Shown here in pieces: positions 26,352 through 35,248 of a stretch of 47,323 nt of DNA (the first letter of the stretch is position 1; every line of letters begins with the position of its first letter). The translations under genes were made by a program, and so were the position numbers. Source of the DNA: Eubacteriales bacterium (lineage in GTDB: Bacteria; Bacillota; Clostridia; Oscillospirales; CAG-272); assembly GCA_045612465.1 (NCBI GenBank), contig JAZKZC010000092.1:1-47323 (forward strand), written 5' to 3'. The notes beneath the pieces are model-generated. The model did no database searches. It had not been told where the DNA came from and saw only the letters and a program-made list of their open reading frames with translations.

Positions 26352-28046
26352 ATGAAAAACGCAAAAAGACTCAGCGCATTCGTGCTCGCTTTGGTTATGG
26401 TTTTTGCAATGTCTTTCACGACTTTTGCATTTGACGTTACTCTTGAGAGCACAACATCCACTCCCACAGCGGGTCACATCTACGATATCTACCAGATATT
26501 CACAGGTGACCTCGAAGAAGGTGTTCTTGCGAACATCAAGTACGGTGCAAACTATGCTCCCGACGGTAAAGCAACAGGCGATGCAGTTCCTACTGAAGAG
26601 CTTGACGCCATCGATCTTATGGGCGCACGTGCATTTGCAAAGCAGCTCGTAAACGATGAATTGCTTTCAGGTGCTGCTGTTGCAGTTCTCAACGAAGAAA
26701 ACGGTTGGGCTGCAAAGGACCTTGAAGCAGGTTACTACCTCATCGTTGAAAAGACGGTGACAGACGATCTTCCCGAGGGCGAAACACTTTCCGCTTACAT
26801 CGTTCAGGTTAAAGAAGACGTTGTTATGGCTCCCAAGTCAGGTATAACTTACATCGACAAGATCATCAGCAACGATGATAACAAGATCGATAACAAACTT
26901 GACATCACAGAGGACGGTAAGTTCGACAACGTAAGTATCGGTTCTAATGTTGAATTTACACTCAAAACACCCATTTTGACAAATGCAGGCGATTTCGACT
27001 TCTGTTACTTTATCATCAACGATACTCTCTGCGAAGGCTTCACGTTCAACAACGATATCGAAGTTACCATCGGCGGCGATTTAGCTGTTGAAGGCGAAGA
27101 CTATACTGTATTCACAGGTGACGAAGCAGACGGTTACACATTCCGCGTTGCACTTCTCAATGCAAAAGAAAATGCAGGCGAAGAAGTTATCGTTAAGTAT
27201 ACAGCACTTCTCAACGACAAGGCTGTTATAGGCGAGCTCGACGGCAACCCCAACAGAGCAAACCTTACATATTCCAACAATCCCGAATTTGAGTATGACG
27301 GTACACACGAAGACGGTAAGCCCAAGGAAGAATACGAGTCCGAAGACGGTTCAGGCAAGTACAAGATTCCTCTCGGCGTAACAGTTGAGATCGTTACACG
27401 CACATACACAACAGGCATCAAGATAGTTAAGGTTGACGAAAACGGCAACGCACTTCCCGGTGCTTCCTTCAAACTCGAAGGTGAAAACGTTGTAGGTGTT
27501 GTTATCAAACGCGAAGTATTCACAGAATCCGAAAACGGTACATACTGGCTTTTGACAAACGGCTTCTATACAACAGATGATCCCGCGACAGAGGGAATGG
27601 ACACTTCCTTGTATGCAGATGTAAACAAGAAGTACGAAAAGACTGTTGTTACAGAGCAGGATGCTATCATAACAGACGAAATGGTTGAAGGCGAAGTAGG
27701 CGCTAACGGCGTTATCATCTTCGACGGTCTCGGCGAAGGCACATACACTATCACGGAAACAGTTACTCCCGCAGGTTATAACACAATCGATCCTTTCGAA
27801 GTTGTTATTGAATGGGATGCACCCGAGGCAGGTTCTGACGACTGTGACTGGACAGTAACTGTTGCAGGCGAAGCAGTTGAAAAGAACAACGAAGGCGTAT
27901 TCGCATTCGAAATCGTAAACCTTTCCGGTATTGAACTTCCCGACACGGGTGGTATCGGTACAACGATATTCTATATCGTAGGCGGTATTTTGGTAATCGG
28001 CGCTGTTGTACTTCTCGTTACAAAGAAGCGCATGAGCAAGAACTGA
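26352..28046 (+). CDS. LPXTG major pilin (SpaA/EbpC-like backbone subunit)
   Basis: 564 aa with a signal peptide. It has an E-box-like motif (YTITETVTPAGYN). LPDTGGIGTT, a TM helix and KKR form the sorting signal. It sits directly upstream of a class C sortase. Confidence 0.8.
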   Translation: MKNAKRLSAFVLALVMVFAMSFTTFAFDVTLESTTSTPTAGHIYDIYQIFTGDLEEGVLANIKYGANYAPDGKATGDAVPTEELDAIDLMGARAFAKQLVNDELLSGAAVAVLNEENGWAAKDLEAGYYLIVEKTVTDDLPEGETLSAYIVQVKEDVVMAPKSGITYIDKIISNDDNKIDNKLDITEDGKFDNVSIGSNVEFTLKTPILTNAGDFDFCYFIINDTLCEGFTFNNDIEVTIGGDLAVEGEDYTVFTGDEADGYTFRVALLNAKENAGEEVIVKYTALLNDKAVIGELDGNPNRANLTYSNNPEFEYDGTHEDGKPKEEYESEDGSGKYKIPLGVTVEIVTRTYTTGIKIVKVDENGNALPGASFKLEGENVVGVVIKREVFTESENGTYWLLTNGFYTTDDPATEGMDTSLYADVNKKYEKTVVTEQDAIITDEMVEGEVGANGVIIFDGLGEGTYTITETVTPAGYNTIDPFEVVIEWDAPEAGSDDCDWTVTVAGEAVEKNNEGVFAFEIVNLSGIELPDTGGIGTTIFYIVGGILVIGAVVLLVTKKRMSKN

Positions 28047-28061
28047 ACGTAATTTTTGCAA

Positions 28062-28100
28062 ACTGCTGTAACCACCCGTAACAGGGTAGGTTACAGCAGT
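28062..28100 (+). promoter_or_regulatory. Perfect 16-bp stem-loop between the major pilin and sortase genes, with no T-tract
   Basis: ACTGCTGTAACCACCC-GTAACA-GGGTAGGTTACAGCAGT. The sortase RBS (AAGGAGAA) follows immediately. Confidence 0.6.
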
Positions 28101-28114
28101 AAGGAGAACCCTAC

Positions 28115-28963
28115 ATGAAGAAAAAAAACAGTAGATTTACAACGTTTCTTTTGGTATTGGTCTTTATTGCAGGGCTGTCCTTACTGCTGTATCCGAGCGT
28201 GAGCGACTATTGGAATTCACTCACACAGTCAAAAGCGATTGCAAGCTACGTCGAAAAAGTAGCAGACCTTAACAAGGAAAAATACGACAGCATCATAAAC
28301 GATGCGTCTGTATACAATGCTTCATTGAAAAACAGATACAACAGTTACGTACTCAGTGAGCAACAGAAAAACGAATACGTGAATCTGCTGAACGTTGCAG
28401 GCGACGGTGTTATGGGATACGTTGACATTCCTGATATAAAAGTAACGCTTCCTATTTATCACGGCACAGCCGAGGAGGTTCTTCAGACGACCGTGGGACA
28501 CCTTGAATGGACGAGCCTTCCTGTCGGCGGCACAGATACGCACTGTGTTATTTCAGGACACAGAGGATTGCCGAGCGCGAAGCTTTTCACTGATCTTGAC
28601 AAGCTCGTTGAGGGTGATATTTTTATGATACGTGTGCTTGACGAAGTCCTGACGTATGAGATAGACCGTATACGTATAGTTGAGCCGACTGACACAAAGG
28701 ATCTGCAGATAGTACAGGGCGAGGACCTTTGTACGCTCGTTACCTGCACACCGTACGGTGTAAATTCACACCGCATGCTTGTAAGAGGACACAGAATAGA
28801 AAATATAGAGGAATCGGAGGTAGCGCGTGTCGTATCCGACGCCATACAGATAGAGCCTATGATAATTGCGCCCATTGTGGCGATCCCTATGCTGTTGGTG
28901 TTGCTTATAATACTGATGCTCCCGAAAAGTAATAAGAGAAAGAGAGATGATACCGATGAATAA
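28115..28963 (+). CDS. Class C (pilus-polymerising) sortase
   Basis: 282 aa with an N-terminal TM segment. It has the His (ISGHRGLP), the TLVTCTP catalytic Cys motif, the Arg (LVRGHRI) and the C-terminal TM helix typical of class C. Confidence 0.9.
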   Translation: MKKKNSRFTTFLLVLVFIAGLSLLLYPSVSDYWNSLTQSKAIASYVEKVADLNKEKYDSIINDASVYNASLKNRYNSYVLSEQQKNEYVNLLNVAGDGVMGYVDIPDIKVTLPIYHGTAEEVLQTTVGHLEWTSLPVGGTDTHCVISGHRGLPSAKLFTDLDKLVEGDIFMIRVLDEVLTYEIDRIRIVEPTDTKDLQIVQGEDLCTLVTCTPYGVNSHRMLVRGHRIENIEESEVARVVSDAIQIEPMIIAPIVAIPMLLVLLIILMLPKSNKRKRDDTDE

Positions 28964-29849
28964 CAGACAGAAGCTTGGCGCTTTCCTTGCTGTTATAATG
29001 CTTATATTGCCGTGTTTGGTCATTTTTTCATCGGCTTTTGTTGTTGATATTGACCGAGGAGTGACTCTTGAAATAAGAGACATACCTTTTGGAGATATAA
29101 AGTTTTTCGCATATCGTATAGCATCATATGATGAAAGTGGTATCCTCACGATAGACGATGATTTTGCATCCGTTGATATTGATCTGAACGGTACGCTGGA
29201 TCATTCAGCACTTTCGGATATGCTTTCAAAAAAGGTATTGGCAGATGAGAAAGATCCCGATGCGGTCATTTTGAGTGACGAATACGGCATCGCTTTGTTC
29301 AAGGAGCATACACTTGATGTCGGTTTGTATCTTATTGCAAGCGAAAAGTTCAAAATGGACGGAAAAGTATACAGTATGTCACCGTTTACGGTAACACTTC
29401 CGTATAAGTATGACGGCGGCACTGCATATAATGTTTTTGCAAGCGCAAAGTTTGATGCTTTGCCGACAACTGATACGTACACGGTAACAAAGGTCTGGAA
29501 CGATGACGGATCAGAGGATAAACGCCCGTCGAAAATTGACATAGTTTTATACTGTGACGGTGAAGTGTATGACGAAATCTCGTTGCCTCACAACGGCAGC
29601 TGGAGATATGAATGGCAAGACCTTCCCTCCGAGCATACTTGGTGGGTTGAAGAAAAATCGGTTACCGACTATAAAGGCACTGTCAAGCAAAACGGCACGT
29701 CGTTCGTTATTACGAACACTTATACGGGAGAAAAGCCCGAAGAAGACGTACCTGCCACAGGTCAGCTCTGGTGGCCTGTTCCCGTGCTTGTATGCGCAGG
29801 ACTTTTGCTTATTTCTCTAGGAGTTGTAAGAAGAACAAAGGCAAAATGA
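28947..29849 (+). CDS. Minor/basal pilin with a Cna-B-type domain and a variant sorting signal (VPATG)
   Basis: 300 aa with a signal/TM segment. It has a pilin-motif-like FTVTLPYK and a Cna-B-like YTVTKVWNDDGSEDKRPSKIDIVLY...GSWRYEWQDLP. VPATG, a TM helix and RRTKAK form the sorting signal. It overlaps the sortase gene end. Confidence 0.75.
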   Translation: MIPMNNRQKLGAFLAVIMLILPCLVIFSSAFVVDIDRGVTLEIRDIPFGDIKFFAYRIASYDESGILTIDDDFASVDIDLNGTLDHSALSDMLSKKVLADEKDPDAVILSDEYGIALFKEHTLDVGLYLIASEKFKMDGKVYSMSPFTVTLPYKYDGGTAYNVFASAKFDALPTTDTYTVTKVWNDDGSEDKRPSKIDIVLYCDGEVYDEISLPHNGSWRYEWQDLPSEHTWWVEEKSVTDYKGTVKQNGTSFVITNTYTGEKPEEDVPATGQLWWPVPVLVCAGLLLISLGVVRRTKAK

Positions 29850-30541
29850 AAAACGGAACTGTATTGATCGTGGCGGGGATTTTGGTTATCCTTTCCGCGC
29901 TGGGACTTGTTGGGTACAATGTGTATACCGCCGATACGGCTTACCGCGATGCAACGTCCGCTCTCGGAAAATTGCAGGATATGATACCAAAGCAGGAAAA
30001 TCCCACACCGTCCGTTGACGGAAATGATCAGTTTATTGACGGCGACAATGAGACAGCGACGGGCGAAGATGCAGAGCATAACGAAGACGTTATACCCGAT
30101 GTCAAAGTACCCGCATATATTGAAAATCCCGAAATGGAGATGCCCGTGCAAACGGTTGACGGTCAGGATTATATAGGGATTTTGGAAATTCCCGAAATTT
30201 CTTCGGAGCTTCCCGTTATATCGCAGATGTCGTACCCTAAACTTAAAAAGGCACCGTGCCGTTACAGCGGTTCGGCATACACCGACGATCTTATAATCGG
30301 CGCGCACTGTTATGAGAAATTTTTCGGAAAACTCAAAAACTTATCAAACGGTGCAGAGGTTAGATTTACCGACGTTGAGGGAAACGTTTTTGTGTATAGA
30401 CTCGTCTCAAAAGAAACGATCAACGAAAAAAATCCGCAAGATCTTAAAGCGGGTGAATGGGATCTTTCGCTTTTTACGTGTCCCGTAATGACGAATACCG
30501 ATAAACGTGTGGTTTTGAGGTGCGAACGTATATATTCGTAA
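29846..30541 (+). CDS. Second sortase-family transpeptidase
   Basis: The ATG at 29846 overlaps the preceding stop (ATGA). It encodes 231 aa with an N-terminal TM segment, the His (IIGAHCY), the Cys (LFTCP) and the Arg (VVLRCERI). Confidence 0.75.
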   Translation: MKNGTVLIVAGILVILSALGLVGYNVYTADTAYRDATSALGKLQDMIPKQENPTPSVDGNDQFIDGDNETATGEDAEHNEDVIPDVKVPAYIENPEMEMPVQTVDGQDYIGILEIPEISSELPVISQMSYPKLKKAPCRYSGSAYTDDLIIGAHCYEKFFGKLKNLSNGAEVRFTDVEGNVFVYRLVSKETINEKNPQDLKAGEWDLSLFTCPVMTNTDKRVVLRCERIYS

Positions 30542-30544
30542 TGG

Positions 30545-30580
30545 AAATACAGCTGTGAATAACGGCTGTATTTAATTTTT
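30545..30580 (+). terminator. Rho-independent terminator ending the pilus locus
   Basis: Stem AAATACAGC / GCTGTATTT followed by AATTTTT. Confidence 0.6.
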
Positions 30581-30618
30581 ATAACTGCATATAAATATTG
30601 TGGAGGACAGATTACAAA

Positions 30619-31671
30619 ATGAAAGACGGTAAATATAATATTCTGCTCGTTTTGACAGGCGGAACGATATGCTCGTTTGCGGATTCAAACGGCGAAAGAG
30701 CATCAAATACGGAAGCGGCGGAAGCTCTTATAGTAAAGAATTTCAGATGTGGTACATCTGCTTATAAAAGCGAGGACGTCGTTGAGTTTACACCGTGTTT
30801 TTTGCTTGATATATTAAGTGAAAATATGACGCTTGTCCATTGGAATACGTTTATAAAGGGATTGAAGGAATGTACTTTTACAGCTTATGACGGTGTTATA
30901 ATACTCCACGGAACAGACACGCTTGCGTATACATCATCACTTTTGTCAATTTTGCTTGCAGGCATAAAGGTGCCCGTATTTCTCGTTTCAAGCCAGCTTC
31001 CGATATATGAAAGAGAAGCGAACGGAAACGATAATTTCAAAACGGCGGTAGAGCTGATAATAAACGGAATTTCCCCGAATATTTACGCTGTATATAAAAA
31101 CAGTAGCGGTAAAATGTTTGTGCATTACGGCTGTCATTTGCTTCAGTGTGCAAATCATTCGAACGACTTTTTCAGCTGTGATATGACCGAGATCGATGAA
31201 AATTCACCGATGTTCGAAGGAAAAAAACAGACAGCGGAAGCGATGCTTCTTGATAAGCTTGAATCGCTTTCATCACGTGTTCTTAAAATCGAACCGTATG
31301 TCGGAATTGATTACAGCGCATTCAATCTTAACGGTGTTTCTGCTGTTTTGCACGGTACGTACCATTCAAGCACGTTATCGGTCGATCCGTATAAAAACAA
31401 AGATATATCGAATGACTCCGTTATGTATCTTAAAAAGATGTGTGACAGATCAACACCTGAAATCCCCATATTTATACAGCCGTGTGATAAAGATGCGTAT
31501 TCTTATGAAACAACGGGAAAAGCCTTGCGCGAAGGTATTATACCGATAAACGGAATGACGTGCGCAACATCGTACGCCAAGCTCCTTATCGGCACCTCCC
31601 TCGGGTATCGTGGGGATGAGCTTGTAAAATTTGTAAACACCGATGTAAACGGAGAAACGGTTTTGAAATGA
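30619..31671 (+). CDS. L-asparaginase/glutaminase-family protein
   Basis: The start MKDGKYNILLVLTGGTICS carries the TGGT nucleophile motif. ILHGTDTLAYT is the second Thr motif. The track ORF from 30598 is slightly over-extended. Confidence 0.75.
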   Translation: MKDGKYNILLVLTGGTICSFADSNGERASNTEAAEALIVKNFRCGTSAYKSEDVVEFTPCFLLDILSENMTLVHWNTFIKGLKECTFTAYDGVIILHGTDTLAYTSSLLSILLAGIKVPVFLVSSQLPIYEREANGNDNFKTAVELIINGISPNIYAVYKNSSGKMFVHYGCHLLQCANHSNDFFSCDMTEIDENSPMFEGKKQTAEAMLLDKLESLSSRVLKIEPYVGIDYSAFNLNGVSAVLHGTYHSSTLSVDPYKNKDISNDSVMYLKKMCDRSTPEIPIFIQPCDKDAYSYETTGKALREGIIPINGMTCATSYAKLLIGTSLGYRGDELVKFVNTDVNGETVLK

Positions 31672-31838
31672 AAATAAGAGCTATTTCAAAATGTTCAGTT
31701 TCTTGGTTTGAGTTTTCATCGTAATTTATAGATTCAAAAACTTTGAAAGTTTTTAATCTGTTTCAGGTTAAAAAACTATAATCTTAATGAGATTATCTAT
31801 AATTGATAATGATATAACCTGCAAAAGGAATAGATGGT

Positions 31839-32054
31839 ATGTATAGGAGAGTACGGGATTTAAGAGAGGATAACGGATTAAATCAAACACAAGTAGCCGA
31901 ATATTTGGGGATGTCGCAAACGGGATATTCAAAATATGAAACGGGTGAAAATGATATTCCGACGGCAATTCTGATAAAGCTTGCAAGATTCTACGATACA
32001 AGCGTTGATTATCTTCTCGGTGAAACAAACGAAAGAAAAAGATACACTAAATGA
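31839..32054 (+). CDS. XRE-family HTH transcriptional regulator
   Basis: 71 aa; LNQTQVAEYLGMSQTGYSKYETGENDIP. Confidence 0.85.
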   Translation: MYRRVRDLREDNGLNQTQVAEYLGMSQTGYSKYETGENDIPTAILIKLARFYDTSVDYLLGETNERKRYTK

Positions 32055-32190
32055 TGATATTGTATTTTCAATATATACTTTATCCGAAGAAATGAACTTT
32101 AACTTCTTTTTCTTAAGCAGCATATAATCGGGTTCTGCTGTAAGGCATCCGATTATCAGTTCAAACTGAATGTGAGGTAAAATAATAATA

Positions 32191-33042
32191 ATGGGTTCAC
32201 TTGTTAAATCTGCATATAAAGCGACTGTACGATTTTTAAACAGAAATAAATACATAATAGGAAACAAAAATTTCCCGACTGTAAAAAATGAAGTAAATGT
32301 ACACAGATACAGGCTCAATTCAGGTAAAGAAAATCTCGGAGATTATCTTCCCTGCGTAGTGGTGGACTATCTGAAGAATATGTACGGAATAAAGGGGAAT
32401 GCCGCTGAAAAGACAAAGCATTTGTTTGCAATAGGATCCATATTGCATTTTTGCATTATGGATGCTACTGTATGGGGAAGCGGTTTTATGAATTATCCCG
32501 GTAAAACTTCGGACGTATATCTTATGCGTAAGCTGCATAAAATGGATATTCGTGCTGTACGAGGACCGAAAACAAGAACGATCTTGTTGGATTTAGGATT
32601 TAATTGTCCGGAATGTTACGGTGATCCTGCTGTTTTAATGCCGTTGATATATTCAAATGACAATATCTGTAAAACAAAGGAATTTTCTGTCATCAAGCAT
32701 ATGTCGGATAAGACGAAGTGTGCTAATGAAATAAATATTCTTACGGATGACTACAAAGGCTTTATTGATAAGATGCTTGAATCCAAATTGATTATCAGTA
32801 GTTCCTTGCACGGAATTATTTTGGCTGAAGCATACGGTGTACCCGCTGTTTTATATCTTCCGGGTGATACTACACTCTCCCTGCTGAAATATGAAGATTA
32901 TTATTTCGGAACGGGACGATACGAGTTTCCTGTTGCAAGAACTATTGATGAGGCGTTGTCAATTACTCCTTGTCCGCTCCCGGATTTTACTTCCATGCAA
33001 AAGGCATTGATAGATTCTTTCCCTAAAGATATATGGAAATAA
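32191..33042 (+). CDS. Polysaccharide pyruvyl transferase-family protein (tentative)
   Basis: 283 aa. ISSSLHGIILAEAYGVPAV resembles the conserved C-terminal motif of PF04230-type enzymes. The gene lies in an AT-rich segment. Confidence 0.5.
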   Translation: MGSLVKSAYKATVRFLNRNKYIIGNKNFPTVKNEVNVHRYRLNSGKENLGDYLPCVVVDYLKNMYGIKGNAAEKTKHLFAIGSILHFCIMDATVWGSGFMNYPGKTSDVYLMRKLHKMDIRAVRGPKTRTILLDLGFNCPECYGDPAVLMPLIYSNDNICKTKEFSVIKHMSDKTKCANEINILTDDYKGFIDKMLESKLIISSSLHGIILAEAYGVPAVLYLPGDTTLSLLKYEDYYFGTGRYEFPVARTIDEALSITPCPLPDFTSMQKALIDSFPKDIWK

Positions 33043-33106
33043 GTTTGTTTTCAATGTATCGGCAAGTATGATTTAAAATATATGCGATATTTTTTCTCGC
33101 TTTCTA

Positions 33107-33135
33107 TTGACATTTTTACTCGGTTATGATATACT
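33107..33135 (+). promoter_or_regulatory. Consensus sigma-A promoter of the aspS-gatCAB operon
   Basis: TTGACA (33107-33112), a 17-nt spacer, then TATACT (33130-33135). Confidence 0.75.
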
Positions 33136-33141
33136 TCACGA

Positions 33142-33397
33142 TAGATAATTAGGCTGTGATGAAGGCAGTAGGGCAGGATCAATGTTTACAGAGAACCGCA
33201 TATCTGGTGTAAGTGCGGTAACAAATTTTACCTGAAGAACACTTCGGAGCTTGCGGAAGAAAGCCGAAAGGTTATTAGAACCGCACGTTGATCGCGTAAA
33301 GATTTAATGAAGCGGACCGTTTTGCGGTCAATTTGGGTGGTATCGCGGAAGTTTGCCTTTCGTCCCATGTTTGTGGGATGAAAGGCTTTTTGTTTTT
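33142..33397 (+). promoter_or_regulatory. T-box riboswitch leader
   Basis: The T-box sequence is AATTTGGGTGGTATCGCGG (33331-33349). Stem I has GA/AG elements (TGATGAAGGCAGTAGG, CAGAGAA). The specifier-loop context is CCTGAAGAACACTTCGGAGC. The terminator stem GCCTTTCGTCCCA / TGGGATGAAAGGC (33355-33386) is followed by TTTTTGTTTTT. Confidence 0.85.
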
Positions 33398-33456
33398 CTT
33401 TCGCATAAACTACCGTAAACAGGAAAATATTTTACTTAAAAGGAGTACAATACACT

Positions 33457-35232
33457 ATGCTTAGAACACACACTTGTAATGAACTCGGTATTGACAATAT
33501 CGGACAAAAGGTAACACTTACAGGCTGGATGGATACTGTGCGTGACCACGGAGGCGTGCTCTTTATTGACCTTCGTGACCATTACGGAGTAACACAGATC
33601 GTCCTTTCCGACGATTCGCTCATCGCGGGCATCGCAAAGGAAACAGTTATCCTCGTTGAGGGTATCGTTTCAAAAAGAGATGAAGAAACGGTAAACCCCA
33701 AGATCGCAACAGGTCTTATCGAAGTAAAGGCTGAAAAGGTTGAGGTGCTCGGCCCCTGCCAGCTCGGACTTCCTTTCGAAATCGACTCATCAACACAGAC
33801 AAGAGAAGAAGTAAGACTTAAATACAGATATCTTGACTTGCGTAACAGAAAGATTCACGACAACATCGTGCTTCGTTCGAAGATACTCAGCTATCTGCGT
33901 TCACAGATGGAGGATCTCGGATTTTTGGAAATACAGACACCTATTCTTACAGCTTCCTCTCCCGAGGGCGCAAGAGACTATCTCGTTCCCAGCCGTAAGC
34001 ACAAGGGCAAGTTCTACGCTCTGCCTCAGGCACCCCAGCAGTTCAAACAGCTTCTTATGGCATCGGGATTTGACCGCTACTTCCAGATCGCTCCCTGTTT
34101 CCGCGACGAGGACGCACGTCAGGACAGATCCCCCGGTGAATTCTATCAGCTCGACTTTGAAATGTCCTTTGCAACACAGGAAGACGTATTTGCGGTTGCC
34201 GAAACTGTTGTGTACAACACATTCACAAAGTTCTCTGATAAAAAGGTATCAAAGCCCCCGTTCAGAAGAATCACATTTGCAGATGCAATGCTGAAGTACG
34301 GTACAGATAAACCCGACCTCCGCAACCCTCTTGAAATCAAGGACCTCACGGACTTCTTTGCAACACACGAATTCCTTGACATCAACGGCAGAACGGTTCC
34401 GTTCAAGAACAAGCTTGTACGCGGTATCGTTGCAAACTACCTTGTAAAGAAAGACGGCGAGGGCGACGGTAAAAAGGCATTTGAAAAGGCGATCGACACA
34501 TATTCAAGAAGCATCGGAATGAAGTTCGGATGCGGATATATAACTCTTGAGGGCGGAGATTTCAAAGGCCCTATTGCAAAATTCCTTACAGACGAACAGA
34601 AAAAAGAGCTTTGTGAGCTTTGCGGTGTAAAGGAAGGCGATTCCATATTCTTCATCAGTGACAGTGCATCTGTCATCGACCGTCTTTCGGGCGAAATGAG
34701 AACTTGGATCGGTAACGAGCTTGGACTTATCAAGGACGATTCCTTTGAATTCTGCTTCATCGTTGACTTCCCGATGTATGAGCTTAATGCTGAAACGGGA
34801 AGAATTGACTTCACACACAACCCCTTCTCAATGCCTCAGGGCGGTATGGATGCGCTTCTTAACAAGGATCCGCTTGAAATATTCGCATATCAGTATGATA
34901 TTGTTTGTAACGGCGTTGAGCTTTCTTCGGGTGCTGTACGTAACCACAACCCCGAAATAATGAGAAAGGCATTTGAAATCGCAGGCTACGGCGAGGAAGA
35001 CCTCAAGGCGAAGTTCGGCGCGCTTTATACAGCGTTTGCTTACGGTGCTCCCCCTCACGCAGGTATGGCTCCCGGTGTTGACAGAATGATAATGCTTATC
35101 GCAGGTGAGGAAACAATAAGAGACGTTATCGCATTCCCGCTTAACGGAAATGCGCAGGACCTTATGATGGGTGCTCCCGGTGAAGTTACTGAGCAGCAGC
35201 TCCGTGAGGTTCACATAAAAGTAAGAGATTGA
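33457..35232 (+). CDS. aspS: Aspartyl-tRNA synthetase (bacterial type)
   Basis: 591 aa with class II motif 2 (FRDEDARQDRSPGEFYQLDFE) and motif 3 (GAPPHAGMAPGVDRM). Confidence 0.95.
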   Translation: MLRTHTCNELGIDNIGQKVTLTGWMDTVRDHGGVLFIDLRDHYGVTQIVLSDDSLIAGIAKETVILVEGIVSKRDEETVNPKIATGLIEVKAEKVEVLGPCQLGLPFEIDSSTQTREEVRLKYRYLDLRNRKIHDNIVLRSKILSYLRSQMEDLGFLEIQTPILTASSPEGARDYLVPSRKHKGKFYALPQAPQQFKQLLMASGFDRYFQIAPCFRDEDARQDRSPGEFYQLDFEMSFATQEDVFAVAETVVYNTFTKFSDKKVSKPPFRRITFADAMLKYGTDKPDLRNPLEIKDLTDFFATHEFLDINGRTVPFKNKLVRGIVANYLVKKDGEGDGKKAFEKAIDTYSRSIGMKFGCGYITLEGGDFKGPIAKFLTDEQKKELCELCGVKEGDSIFFISDSASVIDRLSGEMRTWIGNELGLIKDDSFEFCFIVDFPMYELNAETGRIDFTHNPFSMPQGGMDALLNKDPLEIFAYQYDIVCNGVELSSGAVRNHNPEIMRKAFEIAGYGEEDLKAKFGALYTAFAYGAPPHAGMAPGVDRMIMLIAGEETIRDVIAFPLNGNAQDLMMGAPGEVTEQQLREVHIKVRD

Positions 35233-35248
35233 TTTAAGGAGCGGAAAT

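Noticed and set aside
27351-28061. 236-aa minus-strand ORF
   Set aside because: It is antisense to the major pilin gene. Its Cys/Phe/Val-rich translation has no motifs, whereas the pilin frame has a signal peptide, an E-box and LPDTG.
29762-30307. 181-aa minus-strand ORF
   Set aside because: It is antisense to the second sortase gene, which carries His/Cys/Arg sortase motifs.
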